Shown here: piece after piece, positions 12,098 to 24,700 of the stretch
Numbering within the stretch: the first letter of the stretch is position 1
Layout of the letters: each line of letters opens with the position of its first letter
Source: Azolla caroliniana
Taxonomy: Eukaryota > Plantae > Polypodiophyta
Length of the DNA stretch: 64,000 nucleotides
Assembly: GCA_043228905.1 (NCBI GenBank)
Contig: JBHGNT010000020.1
Location: 11,160,001-11,224,000, forward strand
Direction: 5' to 3'
Notes under the pieces: generated by a model
Told to the model about the DNA's origin: nothing
The model's database searches: none
What the model saw: the letters and a program-made list of their open reading frames with translations, nothing else
Program-made: the position numbers and the translations under genes

Positions 12098-15000
12098 ATG
12101 GAAGGCGGCGGTAGTGGGCCTCCGGGCATGATGGTGTTGAACTCACAGAACTACGCCGACTGGAAGATAAAGATGGAAGACCTTCTCATCGTCCGAGACC
12201 TGTATGAACCGATCGATAATGCCGAGATACCCAAGGGGGTAATAGAGTCGGAGTGGAAGCTCCTGAACCGGAAAGCCGTAGCGACGATCCGGCAATATGT
12301 CGATGTAAGCGTTCTACAACATGTGGCGAATGACACCAACGCATATGAGATGTGGAAGAAGCTGTCGGGCCTCTACAAGAGGAAGAATGCGTTGAACCGG
12401 ACCTCCCTGATGAGGAAGATAGTGAACCTCAAGTACCGGGACGGCGAGAATATGGTGGAACACGTGAGCACGTTCATGGGATTCGTGAACCAGCTTGCGG
12501 CGATCAAGTTCCCGTTGGAGGATGCAATGCAAGCCATCATTCTGATGTGTACATTGCCAGAAAGCTGGGAGAACTTGGTGGTGACTCTCAGCACCTCCTG
12601 CACCGAAGATAACTTGTCTCTACAAACGGTAAAGACAAGCATTTTGAACGAAGAAGCGCGTCGGAGAGATAAAGAACCGGTTTCCGATCCGAAGATGCTG
12701 CTTACCGAATCGGATCGGGGAAGACAATGGAACCGGAGTCCGCAAAGACGGGAGAAGTCGGGGACCCGGTCGCAGTCAAGAGGAAGACCCACATGCTTCC
12801 ACTGTGGGAAGCCGGGGCACTTCCGGAAGAATTGTCGGCATTACCGAAAGGACAACGGAGCCGACGACACCGATTCGAAGAAGTCACCGGAGAGAAACGG
12901 TGCATACCGGGGAGCCACGGACCGGAGAGGTCCGGATTGGCGAGGGCAGGGCCGGAAAGGAACGACGGCACTCGCGGCAAGTGAAGAAGAGATAATGCTC
13001 ATTACCGAAGAGAGGGAGCTGAACCTTGCCGGTGTAGAGATGACCTGGGTGGTCGATTCCGGAGCGTCGTTCCACCTGACCCCGGAGAAGAAATACTTCT
13101 CATCCTACACAGCCGGTGAGCACGGCTGTGTCCGGATGGGAAATGAAGGTACATGCCGGATTGCCGGCATAGGAGACGTGTCGCTGATGACATCAACCGG
13201 ATGCAAGATGTTGCTGAAGGATGTTCGACACGTTCCGGAGGTCCGATTGAACCTGATCTCGGCCGGGAGGCTAGATGATGAAGGCTACACGAGTAGCATC
13301 CGGAACGGTGTCATGAAGTTCAGAAAAGGGAGCCTGATAGTGGCTCGGGCCCGGAAGGTCAATACACTGTACTTGATGAATTCCCGGCTATGTCCGGAGG
13401 AGCTGAACGTGGCAGCCGACACTACCGGTGAGCTGTGGCACAAGAGACTGTGCCACATGAGTGAGAAGGGGATGAAGAGGCTTGCCGATGACAACCTGAT
13501 ACCGGTAAAGCACGTACACCTGGGGAAGTGTACCGATTGTCTGGCCGGTAAGCAAAACCGAACCTCCTTCCACTCAAGGCCACCGACGAGACGTAGCGCA
13601 CCATTGGAGTTGGTACACACTGATGTGTGTCAAGTAGAAGCGAAGTCACATGGCGGAGCTCAGTACTTCGTAACATTCATAGATGACCATAGCCGGAAGC
13701 TGTGGACGGCACCGTTGAAGACAAAGGACCAAGTATTGTCCGTCTTCAAAGAACTCCACGCGAGAGTGGAAAGAGAATCCGGCAAGAAGCTGAAAGCGAT
13801 ACGAGCGGATAACGGAGGGGAATACCGGGGGCAGTTCGCAGAGTACTGTCGCTCGAAAGGAATCCGGCTCGAGTTTACTGTGCCGAAGACGCCGGAACTG
13901 AATGGGCTGGCCGAGAGGATGAACCGGACCATAATGGAGAGGGTCCGGAGTATGCTAGCACATGCGAAATTACCCAAGGGATTTTGGGCTGAGGCAATGT
14001 CGACGGCGACGTATGTGATAAATAGATCACCCTCAGTACCTTTGGACGGAGACAAGCCGCAGAAAGTGTGGACCGGTAAGGAAGTGTCCTACCGGCATCT
14101 GAAGGTGTTCGGGTGTCTCACATACGTGCATGTGGCAAAGGACCGGAGAGGAAAGTTAGATCCAAAGACCCGGCCATGCATATTCCTCGGTTACGGCGAC
14201 GACGAGTTCGGCTACCCAGTATGGGACCCGGTCGACAAGAAGATATTCAGGAGTCGAGATATCATCTTCATGGAGGACAAGACACTCGCCGACTGGGAGT
14301 CGGAGAAGAAGATGAAGAGCTCCAAGTCGACCGGTGAGGATCAACTCTACGAAGAGCAGTCCCGACCGGCAAGGGACCGGTTAGCACTCGAGGATCCGGC
14401 CGAAGACGGTGAAGAAACAGAACCGGCCGAGGAAGATGAAACTGATACTGGAACCGGCCCCGATCCCGAAATGGATTCGGATGAAGAGGAAACGGAGGAG
14501 CCGGTTACCGAAGCTCCGGAACGGAGATATCCTCTAAGAGAGAGAAGGGCCCCCCGGAGATTTCCGGAACCAGAGCACGTGCTGCTAACCGACGAGGGGG
14601 AGCCGGAGAGCTTTGAAGAAGCAAAACTTGACACCCATAGCCGCAGGTGGTTAAGTGCCATGCAGGAGGAGATGGATTCCCTGCATGAGAACCACACATA
14701 TGAACTTGTGGAGTTGCCGAAAGGAAAGCGGGCACTTCCAAACAAGTGGGTGTTCAAGCTGAAACCGGGAGATGTCGGAAACCCCCCGAGATAGAAAGCC
14801 AGGATCGTAGTGAAGGGGTTCCAGCAGAAGAAGGGCGTCGACTTCGACGAGATATTTGCCCCAGTAGTGAAGATGACCTCCATCCGGACGGTGCTGAGCA
14901 TAGCGGCAAGCGTGGACCTCGAGGTAGAACAGATGGACGTGAAGACGGCATTCCTTCACGGTGACCTCGAAGAAGAGATCTACATGCAGCAACCGGAAGG

Positions 15001-16172
15001 ATTCGAGAAGAAAGGGAAGGAGCACCTGGTATGCCGGTTGAAGAAGAGCCTTTACGGACTGAAGCAGGCTCCCCGACAATGGTACCGGAAGTTCGACTCT
15101 TTCATGACCGACGAAGGCTACCACAAAACGCAGTCTGATCACTGCGTGTTTGTGAAGAAGTTCGAAGGAGGAGACTTTCTAATACTCCTCCTGTACGTGG
15201 ACGACATGTTGATCGTCGGACGGGACCAGGCCAAGATACGGATGCTGAAGAAAGCGCTTCACCGAACTTTCTCAATGAAGGACCTGGGTCCGGCGAGGCA
15301 AATACTAGGGATGCACATCATCCGGGACCGGAAGAAGAAGCAGTTGTGGCTGTCACAGGAGAAGTACGTGACAAAGGTGCTTCACCGGTTCAACATGTCG
15401 GAAGCAAGACCGGTCGGGTCAACCCTCCCGGCAAACTGCAGGCTGTCCAGCAAGCAAAGCCCCAAGACAAAGGGTGAGAAGGAGGACATGATGAAAGTAC
15501 CATATGCCTCTGCCGTCGGAAGCTTGATGTACGCAATGGTGTGTACAAGACCGGACATAGGATATGCAGTCGGAGTGGTGAGCCGGTACATGAGCAATCC
15601 CGGCAAAGAGCACTGGAACGCGGTCAAATGGATACTCCGATACCTGAAGGGCACGGCAAACGTGTGCCTCCGATTCGGCTCCGGTAAGCCCGAACTCGAC
15701 GGCTTTACCGATTCGGATATTGTCGGCTGATGCAGATACCAGCCGGTCCACATCAGGGTATGTGATGACGTATGCAGGGGGAGCTGTTTCGTGGCAGTCG
15801 AGGCTGCAGAAGACGGTTGCGTTGTCAACTACGGAGGCGGAGTACATGGCAGCTGTTGAAGCCGGCAAGGAAATAATATGGATGAAGGACTTCATTAGAG
15901 AGCTCGGTATCCGGCAGGAGGAGTACCGACTCTACTGCGACAGTCAGAGTGCCATCCACCTTGCGAAGAATGCGGCCTATCACTCCCGGACGAAGCACAT
16001 CCAGCGTAGATACCACTGGATCCGGGAAAGGATAGAAGACAAGGACTTCGTGCTGACGAAGATCCACACGGACGAGAACGGGTCGGATATGCTGACCAAG
16101 GTACTCTCACCCGACAAGCTGGAAGCATGCCGGAAGAGGATCGGATTGGAGAGACATCCCATGCCGAAGTGA
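12098..16172 (+). pseudogene. Copia gag-pol polyprotein (gag, Zn knuckle, PR, GAG-pre-IN, IN, RT, RNase H) with one nonsense codon and one frameshift
   Basis: CFHCGKPGHFRKNC, WVVDSGAS, HTDVC/RADNGGE/NGLAERMN, QMDVKTAFL, YVDDML and SDMLTK motifs. TAG at 14792-14794 and a frameshift near 15720. Confidence 0.93.
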
Positions 16173-16182
16173 AGGGGGAGTT

Positions 16183-16800
16183 TGTTGGGATTTCGGTCCC
16201 TCCGGATGGGATGTCCGGAGATGAATGACGGCAATCCCGGTTACGGTTACGGTCCCGGCTACGGAGCCGGATGATGAAGACCCCGGCTACGGAGCCGGAT
16301 GATGAAGACCCCGGCTACGGAGCCGGATGATGAATGTACCCGGAGCGAGATCCGGATGCGGGGACATATTTGTGAATATGTTTGCCAAGGGCCCTTGAGG
16401 CTATATTTGTAAATAGCCCGAAAGTCATATGCGTATAAATATGACTTAGGGCAAACAGTTTTATGTTGTTGCTCATTTTATGTTTTCAGCTGAGAGAGCG
16501 AAGTGAGAGCAGCCGAGAGAGAGAGAGAGAAAGGAAGAGGTCGACGCCTCTGTGTATTACCGCCGCCTGTGGCGAAGATAGTGAGCTCAAGGTTGTTGCC
16601 TTGTAGCTTCACCATTGTACATCTCTGTGTATAGTGATAGTTGGAGTTTGAGGACTCCCGTGGTTTTTCCCATTTAGGGTTTTCCACGTAAAACACCCTG
16701 TGTACTCTTCTCTCTATTGTCTTCGTGCATTTTGTATTTCCCGTTTTCTGTGAGTTGATCCTATTCCTCGGTTTGTGACCGAGCGTTGTTTTGCACATCA
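16183..16800 (+). repeat. 3' LTR of the Tnt1-like Copia (618 bp)
   Basis: Direct repeat of 11478-12067. Confidence 0.95.
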
Positions 16801-16890
16801 GACAGACCTTCGGGAATGAAGTTCGAGCCAGCCAAGAGGGCTTTGAAATCAGCTAACAAGAGGTTACGTCGATCGACCCGCCAGAAGAAC

Positions 16891-17345
16891 TATTAGATAT
16901 CGAGGTACTAAAGTAAGCTTAAGATAAGGATAAAGTAATGATAGATAGAAAGGAGAAAGAGAAAGAAGGGTGCCGATCCACACGACCACCCCCGAGCGAA
17001 GGGATCGAGACGGACTCGAGCCTCGATCGGCATCCCATACCACCGCCGTGGCATCGAGCCGTACCTGGTGTTGGCGCGCTCACAACAAGAGTTGACCCAC
17101 CACAAGAGCAGAGTCTCGATGTAGTCAAAAGATGATCAAATGAGGGTAGCTTGGCCTCTTAATTATAGCGATACCCAAGGCCCCTAGGCAAGTTCACACT
17201 TGACCTAATGGGTTGTCTCAATCCTGAGGATTAAAAGTAATCCTCCCCTTCATTACACTCTCGTTTAACCCTCACACCTATCCATGTGTATAAAATACTA
17301 CGGTAAATTCTCACCACGGGATATTAAATGGTCATGCCCGTAACA
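16891..17345 (-). repeat. 3' LTR of the chromovirus
   Basis: Repeat of 31750-32204 with about 18 differences by eye. Confidence 0.93.
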
Positions 17346-20300
17346 TACTCCCCCCCCTCTTTAAAACATTGCACTCTTGCAATGGAAAGTTAGGGAAATT
17401 AGTTCTGAGAGTATTTTCGTGTTCCCATGTGGCATCTTTTATTGATTTATCCATCCATTTTATTTTAAATTCTCGGATTTCTTTAGTACATAATTTTTTT
17501 GTTTTAATATCAAGAATTCTTTCTGGTACATGTGGTTTAGAAGATAATTCTTCAGAAGTAACCTGAGTTTCAGTTGTAACTGTATTGTCGCCAGAACCTA
17601 GAAGTTCTTTTAGAGGACTCACATGGAAGACAGGATGAATTCCAACACCATCGGGAAGATCAAGACGATAGGTTGATGACCCAATGCATTTGAGGACTGT
17701 AAAAGGTCCACAAAACCGTGGGGCTAACTTAGCGCACTTACCCGTAGACAATGTCTTAGAATTGTGAGGTACACGTAAAAATACCTTCTGTCCAGGATTG
17801 AATACACGAGGTTGCCTATGATGGTCGGCATAAAAACACGCTCTATCTTGAGCTATTTTTATATTATCTCGTGCAATATGCAACATATCTTGCATATCCC
17901 GAAGAAAGATTTACGTACTTCGCAACTCATCATGATGTATATTAACATCAATCGGGGCTCGTGGTTGAAAACCATACATCAACATAAAAGGACTATATCC
18001 CGTCGACGTATGCTTGGAGTTGTTATAAACAAACTCCAAAATTGGGAGATAACGTTCCCATTTTGTCGGTTTTGCACCAACGTATGCTCGAAGCATGTCC
18101 TCAATAATTTGATTTACTCGTTTTGTCTGTCCATCGGCAACATATCTTGCATATCCCGAAGAAAGTTTTGCGTACTTCGCAACTCATCATGATGTATATT
18201 AACATCAATCGGGGCTCGTGGTTGAAAACCGTACAGCAACATAAAAGGACTATATCCCGTCGACGTATGCTTGGAGCTATTATAAGCAAACTCCAAAATT
18301 GGGAGATAATGTTCCCATTTTGTCGGTTTTGCACCAACGTATGCTCGAAGCATGTCCTCAATAATTTGATTTACTCGTTTTGTCTGTCCATCGGCAACAT
18401 ATCTTGCATATCCCGAAGAAAGTTTTGCGTACTTCGCAACTCATCATGATGTATATTAACATCAATCGGGGCTCGTGGTTGAAAACCATACATCAACATA
18501 AAAGGACTATATCCCGTCGACGTATGCTTGGAGCTGTTATAAGCAAACTCCAAAATTGGGAAATAATGTTCCCATTTTGTCGGTTTTGCACCAACGTATG
18601 CTCGAAGCATGTCCTCAATAATTTGATTTACTCGTTCTGTCTATCCATCGGATTGAGGATGATCCGTGGAGCTCATGCTCAACGTAGTTTCTAACTTCTT
18701 AAAGACTTGCGTCCAGAAGTCACTAGTAAACTTTGGATCTCGATCACTCACGATATCCATTGGTAACCCATAAAAACGAAATAATTCGTCAATGAATTGG
18801 TAAGCCAATTCAGAAGCTGTTACCGTGGTTTTAGTAGCAATAAATCTGGCCATTTTAGTTAGTCGATCAACCACAACCCAGATGGCATCATGGCCTTTTT
18901 GGGTGCGAGGAAGGCTAACAATAAAATCCATGGATATGCTTTCCCACTTATTATTGGGAATGTCCAAGGATGTAAAAGTCTTGCAACTTTAAGTAGCTCA
19001 GCTTTGTTAAGCTGACACTGGTGACATTTAGTCACATAGCTATGTATGTTAGGACGCATCTTAGGCCAATAAAATTGAGTGGAGATGAGAACGAGTGTAC
19101 GATGTATTCCAAGGTGCCCTGCTGAGGGTGCATCATGGCATTAAAAAAGAATCCTCTTTTTGACCTCGGGTAAATCTGGAACACAAACCTTCCCATTACG
19201 GTAGAGCAAACCGTTAGCAATGTGGAAGTATTCCTTCGAGGATGTGGTGGTGTCTGTTCCAGACTCAACTCTTGCCTAGTAATTTGCAAAATAACTGTCA
19301 TCAGGATACTTTCCTTGAAGGTGATCATAAAGATCTGATGTTATTTCAGTGAAACTAAGCATGTTAACTTCACGGATGCGACTTAGTGCATCAGCGACAG
19401 TGTTCATGGAACCTTTACGATATCTTATGGAAAAATCAAAGTCCTGGATGAGATCAGCCCATCGTGCCTTACGACCTTTCAGGTCTTGTTGGTCACAAAA
19501 ATATTTCAAGGACTCGTGGTCCGTAGTTACCACAAAACGATTTCCATAAAGATAATGGCGCCATGTTTTGAGCGCATGTATAACTGCAAATAATTCCTTT
19601 TCTTGAACGGTATACCGACATTGAGCAGAATCAAGTTTCTTACTCTCGAATGCTATTGGTTTACCATCTTGATACAAGACAGCACCTATAGCATAATCGC
19701 TTGCATCGGTTTCAACCTCAAAAGGTTTTGAAGGATCAGGTAAAAGAAGTGAAGGAGCCTTGCAAACTAGGTCCTTGAGTTCCTTAAAGGCGAGGTCTAG
19801 TGTAGCATTCCACACAATAGGTTTTGTAGACTTGCGCGTTTGACCTTTTAAAAGATCAGTAAATGGCGTCGTCAATTGGGAGTAATTATGAAGAGCCTTT
19901 CGCAAAAACCCGACAAAACCAAGGAATGATCGAACTTCTTGAATATTCTGAAGAGTGGGCCAAAGCTTGATTTTCTCAATGCGAGAAGGATCAATTTCAA
20001 CGCCTCGTTCGGTTATGAGATGTCCTAGATAAGTAATTGATTTCTTGAAGAATTCACATTTTGAGATCTTCGCATAAAACTTTTTGTCACGCAATGTTTG
20101 TAAAACAAAGCGGACATGTTTAGCATGTTCTTGTAATGTACGGCTATAAAGTAAAATATCATCCAAGAAAATAACGACGAATTTTCCAAGTTGTTCTCGG
20201 AAAATGTCATTCATTTCTTATTGAAAAGTAGGCGGAGCATTGGTCAAACCAAAAGGCATAACCAAAAACTCATAATGGCCATAGCGCGTACGAAATGCCG

Positions 20301-21300
20301 TTTTAGGAACATCGTCCTCACTTATACGTATTTGATGGTAGCCAGTACGGAGATCAAGTTTCATAAAATACCGAGCTCCCTGGAGACGGTTAATTAGATC
20401 GTCAGCCCAGGGTAATGGATACGAATTCTTGATCGTCACTATTCAAGCGTCGGTAATTAATACACATACGCCATGTGCCCTCTTTCTTTTTTACCAAGAG
20501 AACTGGTGCACCCCATGGAGATTTACTATAACGTATATAACCCATTCGTAAATAGTCCTTGAGTTGCTCAGATACCTCATCTTCTTCGGATCGACTTAAG
20601 CGATACGGAGGTATACTTATTGGTGCAACACCAGGTACAATATCTATATGATGGTCTATATTATGTTTAGGAGGTAACCCATCAGGTAGTTCACTTGGAA
20701 AAACATCATGAAAATCATTTAAGATTTCATCAAGTTGTTGTTGTTCAAAATATGTTAATTTAACAGGGACATTATCGATATTGTAAACGTGAATGTCCGG
20801 ATCAAGTACACAATAAAATAACGTAGAACAAGACAACTCAGATTTTGATGAACACGAGGAAACAATCGAGAGGGATTGTTTTTTGATACATTGAATAAAA
20901 TGCGTACAATCGTTCAGTACAAAAGAAATGGAATGGCGAACCCAATCAATAAATAAAGAAGAGTTTTTATTAAAAAACTAGGGATAACCCAGTATTACAT
21001 CGGTGGTACAAAGGTTCATTACATGGAAGTCTACTTCCTCTATATAAGTATCAATCGAAATTCCTAATGAATGAATCGCCCCGTTGATGTATTGTACTCT
21101 TCCATCAGCCAAGTGCACCGTGTAGGTGTGATCACTTACGGTGGGTTGGATTCCCCATATCTGAACCAAACGATCATTCACAAAATTGTGTGAGCTTCCC
21201 GAATCAAATAAAAATTGTACGGGAGATCCATTGATATACCCGTTTGCACGTAGTAAATCATTGGGACCCAATACATAGTGAGGGAAAGAACATTGACAAT
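17332..21300 (-). pseudogene. Chromovirus pol (PR, RT, RNase H, IN, chromodomain), disrupted
   Basis: [50 protein letters not shown] and GPF motifs, plus chromodomain PERILD..FKIKW..DATWE. Confidence 0.92.
17881..18651. repeat. 257-bp tandem triplication inside the integrase
   Basis: Units start at 17881, 18138 and 18395, with a few SNPs between units. Confidence 0.92.
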
Positions 21301-21322
21301 TACTTAAATGATGTGTATAGAC

Positions 21323-22210
21323 CTAAAGGACATTAGGAATTTGACCTTTATGGTCTGCAGCTTTAGCTTTGTTGTCGTGCTCTTTCCGTTGGAGCTTTCG
21401 ACATTGATCTTTTGTATGACCCTTCTTTTTGCAGAATACGCAAAAAGGATGTTGTCGCTTACAATCGCGATCCAGGAATTCGTTGGGTGTCTTGCGTTTC
21501 CCAACAAATTGCGACTGCTTAGTCCCGGGCGCTTCGTTGGGTTTGTTGTGGTCCTTCTTCGAAGTGCATTGATAGCGAAGAACTATTTCAACAGCCTCTT
21601 CGAAGGATTTTGGATCCTTATCGTGCACTATCCAGTGATAGTCTGAATTGGGGATGCCATTGACAAAACAAGCTATCAACCAATTGTCCCCTTCTAGACC
21701 CGATTTTTGGATTTGGGTTCTAGTATGGTGAACATAGTCTTCTAGCGAGGAAAATTTCCTGCTAGAGAGGTTTATTAAAGCTTGTGCTGCCTCGGTTCGA
21801 GAGGGAGGTTGCAGAAATTGGCCCTTAAAAACCGTGACAAAATCTGTCCAGGTATCAGGCAATTTCCCCATAGTACGGAGCCCACGCCACCAGGCGGCGG
21901 CCTTACCCCCGAGTTCTCGGCCGACATATGCAATCTTCATACTATCTGGCATGGGATAGAGCTCAAAATGAGACTCCCATCGTCCTAGCCATGTGCAGAT
22001 TGCTTCTTCGGTTCTTTCCTTTTTGTCTCCTGTAAATGGCTTAACGACAAATGATGGTTCACCTTGTCGCTCATCAGGTTTATTAGTCTCACGTTGTAGA
22101 CTAATGACACGTGCCTCAAGAGCACTCTGAGATTGCCGAAGTTCGGTCATCTGTTGAGCGGTGAAACTAAGGTATTGGGTTATTTGTGCCAAATACATCT
22201 CAGTGGACAA
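21323..22210 (-). CDS. Chromovirus gag (retrotransposon gag domain plus CCHC knuckle)
   Basis: LGGKAAAWW..W.DF..F and CVFCKKKGHTKDQC motifs. The start codon is uncertain. Confidence 0.85.
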   Translation of the reverse strand: MSTEMYLAQITQYLSFTAQQMTELRQSQSALEARVISLQRETNKPDERQGEPSFVVKPFTGDKKERTEEAICTWLGRWESHFELYPMPDSMKIAYVGRELGGKAAAWWRGLRTMGKLPDTWTDFVTVFKGQFLQPPSRTEAAQALINLSSRKFSSLEDYVHHTRTQIQKSGLEGDNWLIACFVNGIPNSDYHWIVHDKDPKSFEEAVEIVLRYQCTSKKDHNKPNEAPGTKQSQFVGKRKTPNEFLDRDCKRQHPFCVFCKKKGHTKDQCRKLQRKEHDNKAKAADHKGQIPNVL

Positions 22211-23864
22211 TTTAATGTCTTTCCCTGATCTCTATATCGATTTTTTTGATGGCGGCTCCCCGAGGCTCAACCATGTATGTTCGCGTCATGAGTAGTTTAT
22301 ACACGAAAAATATGTTAACAATAAACTATGTTTCGGTGCCCACATATGTGGTTTTGGCTCTTTAAGTCCTATTACGAGGACCCCGGGGTGCACTTAGACC
22401 TTAAGTCTAAACATGTGTTATAGGCATATGTATCAAGGATGTTGTATGGTCTTGGTCATATTTGAACTCGAGACCTCGAGAACAAATACATTAAACACTT
22501 GAGCCAACCAAGTGAGTTGCTCTTCTCGAATGCTTAATGTTTAATGCGTATAAGAGATATGTGAGGCATTTGATCATATATGTTTTTTTTAAAAGAACAT
22601 ATATTTCAAGGGTCCTTATTTCGCCCTCATTTACCAAACTATGTTGGTACGTTACCTAACCTCAAGTCACGTAATTATGATGGCATACGCCAAAGTGCAA
22701 CCTAATGGTCAAGCCAAATGAGCCCTCGTTTCGTAGTAGGCCCACGTGGCCCATCACATGGTCGTGTCATTACGAATGCTTCTCGTAAGAACGAGCTCAT
22801 GGTGGCATCGTATCCATGTAACGAGGGAGGGATGTTGGATACGTGTGTCATTGGAGCGACCTCACTTGAAGTGGGTCAAGCCCTACGTACTCAACATCAT
22901 TATGGCTATTGGCGTTTCTTTACGTAACGAAATCGAGGTCATCAACGGGGTTGTCAACAATAAAGAATTGTTGAAAAAGGGATGGTGACAACGCCATTCT
23001 CACAAAAATGTGAGGACGGCCACCAACATCCTTTTCCCGACAAGGACAACTTTCGATATAATCACGTAATAACGAATATACACATATGTTTACTTATCAC
23101 ATATATACGATCAAATACGTATATACGTGACCACATATGCCTATATTAACATATCGTTATATTAAATAGCCACAAATGATGTGATCGAGATACGTAATCG
23201 AGGTATATACCTCTACGCACACGAAACATCCACAAATAAGAGATCATCGTAATACGCAATTGAGGTATTGACCTCTTACGCATACAAGACCAAACGCATA
23301 TCCTTTACAACAAATCAAGGTATTAAACTCATACGCAAACGTAACATATGTTTGTGAACGTAATACGTAATTGAGGTATTAACCTCGTACGCATACGACA
23401 CTCATCACATATTATTTATATGTCAAACAAGGTATTGACCTCGTGCACATATGTAAACATTTTAGATAATCAATTAAAGACCACTACAACATCATTGACT
23501 TAATGAAAAAAATTGACATATAAACTAAACACATGATTAAAGATGGGAGAAGAGAGAATAGAAAGAAAAAAAATTATTACGGAAAGAGTTACCAAAGTTC
23601 TTTGTTGATCGTTGTCTGGATCAAGGCCGACCGCACATCGATCGATCACCATCAATCAAACGACAAATGAAAAACAAAGAAACATTAGTACATAAATCTG
23701 ATACCAAATATTAGAGATCTAGGTACTAAAGTAAGCTTAAGATAAGCTTACGTTAGTACCTAGATCCTTTCCCCGACAAGGACAACTTTCGATATAATCA
23801 CGTAATAACGAATATACACATATGTTTACTTATCACATATATACGATCAAATACGTATATACGT

Positions 23865-24656
23865 TGTCGTGAAGAAAACCGTCCATAAGCGGAATCGGCG
23901 CACCAAGGCGTGGGAACCAGTTCTTCACGCGCGCACGCTCCAAGTTGTACATAGAAGCGAATTAGGAGGATAATCGGCAGGAACGGGCCCTAACACAAGT
24001 GGAGACAAAGACCGCGCGAACAGTCTTTTCGGTCGTGCGCGCGAGCTAAGGAACTGTACGAGTCGGCGGCGTAACTACGCGGATGCGTGAAGAACGGAGC
24101 GGATCCCTGTTCGAAAGGGACAGGGAATAAAGCTGACATGACGGCCTGCTCGTCGGCCTATATAAGGAGCAAGAAAGAGCTGTTGCAGGCATCTCGCGCA
24201 GAGAGGACGAAGTGCTGTCGGACCGTTTCTGGACGCTTCTCTCTCTGTTTCCTTCCTTCTTGAGCTCCATAGCTTTCTGTGCAGGGTTCCGAGGAGGCTC
24301 GCGCTGTTTCGAGGAACGCCCGAGTGCTTCCGGCAGCACCTCCGACCTGCTACCCCCTTTGTGCGTCGAAGCGAACAAGCATCGGCATCTGTTCGCCGGC
24401 CTGTTCGGTTGTAACCAACCTGTGCCCCATCGAGGGTTGTAGTCGTGTTAGCCATTTTGTTAATATACGTATTTAGTCATTCGCATTTGTCTGTGTCGGT
24501 GTCTGTTCGCGTTCTCCGTGCTGAAGGGCCGTGTCCCTGTGTATCCCCGGTCCTGCGTAGCAGGTTCTCTCTCTTTCTCCTCCCTGGCTTGCTCTTTGGT
24601 TCGAGACCCCCGCGGTCCCGGCTCGTTCCCACACGCACTTGCGTAATATCTCGACA
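23865..24656 (+). repeat. 5' LTR (792 bp)
   Basis: Direct repeat of 30378-31167. TATA-like ctatataagg near 24159. Confidence 0.95.
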
Positions 24657-24660
24657 TCTT

Positions 24661-24678
24661 TGGTGAACCTGACGTGAA
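24661..24678 (+). promoter_or_regulatory. Primer binding site complementary to tRNA-Trp
   Basis: TGGTGAACCTGACGTGAA versus TGGTGAACCCGACGTGAA, the recalled complement of the plant cytosolic tRNA-Trp 3' end (one mismatch). Also retained at 57232-57249. Confidence 0.8.
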
Positions 24679-24700
24679 GGAGGCGGCAGAAGAGCAGAAG

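Larger units (their letters stand above)
11478..16800 (+). mobile_element. Full-length young Ty1/Copia element (Tnt1/Tork-like)
   Basis: LTRs at 11478-12067 and 16183-16800 (TG..CA). TSD GACAG at 11473-11477 and 16801-16805. PBS TGGTATCAGAGC at 12071-12082 (tRNA-iMet). PPT GAAGGGGGAG at 16171-16180. Confidence 0.97.

Noticed and set aside
14792-14794. TAG inside Copia pol as a possible readthrough site
   Set aside because: It replaces the conserved Tyr of RYKAR (TAC/TAT to TAG), lacks a CARYYA context, and the same copy has a separate frameshift. It is a simple nonsense mutation.
23190-23445. CRISPR-like array of palindromic repeats
   Set aside because: The context is eukaryotic with no cas genes. 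The repeats are short and degenerate, and the spacers are related to each other.
24046-24455. ORFs inside LTRs (also 11745-12146, 16478-16798, 30559-30966)
   Set aside because: They recur only because the LTRs are duplicated, and a 2-bp indel between the LTRs changes the frame.
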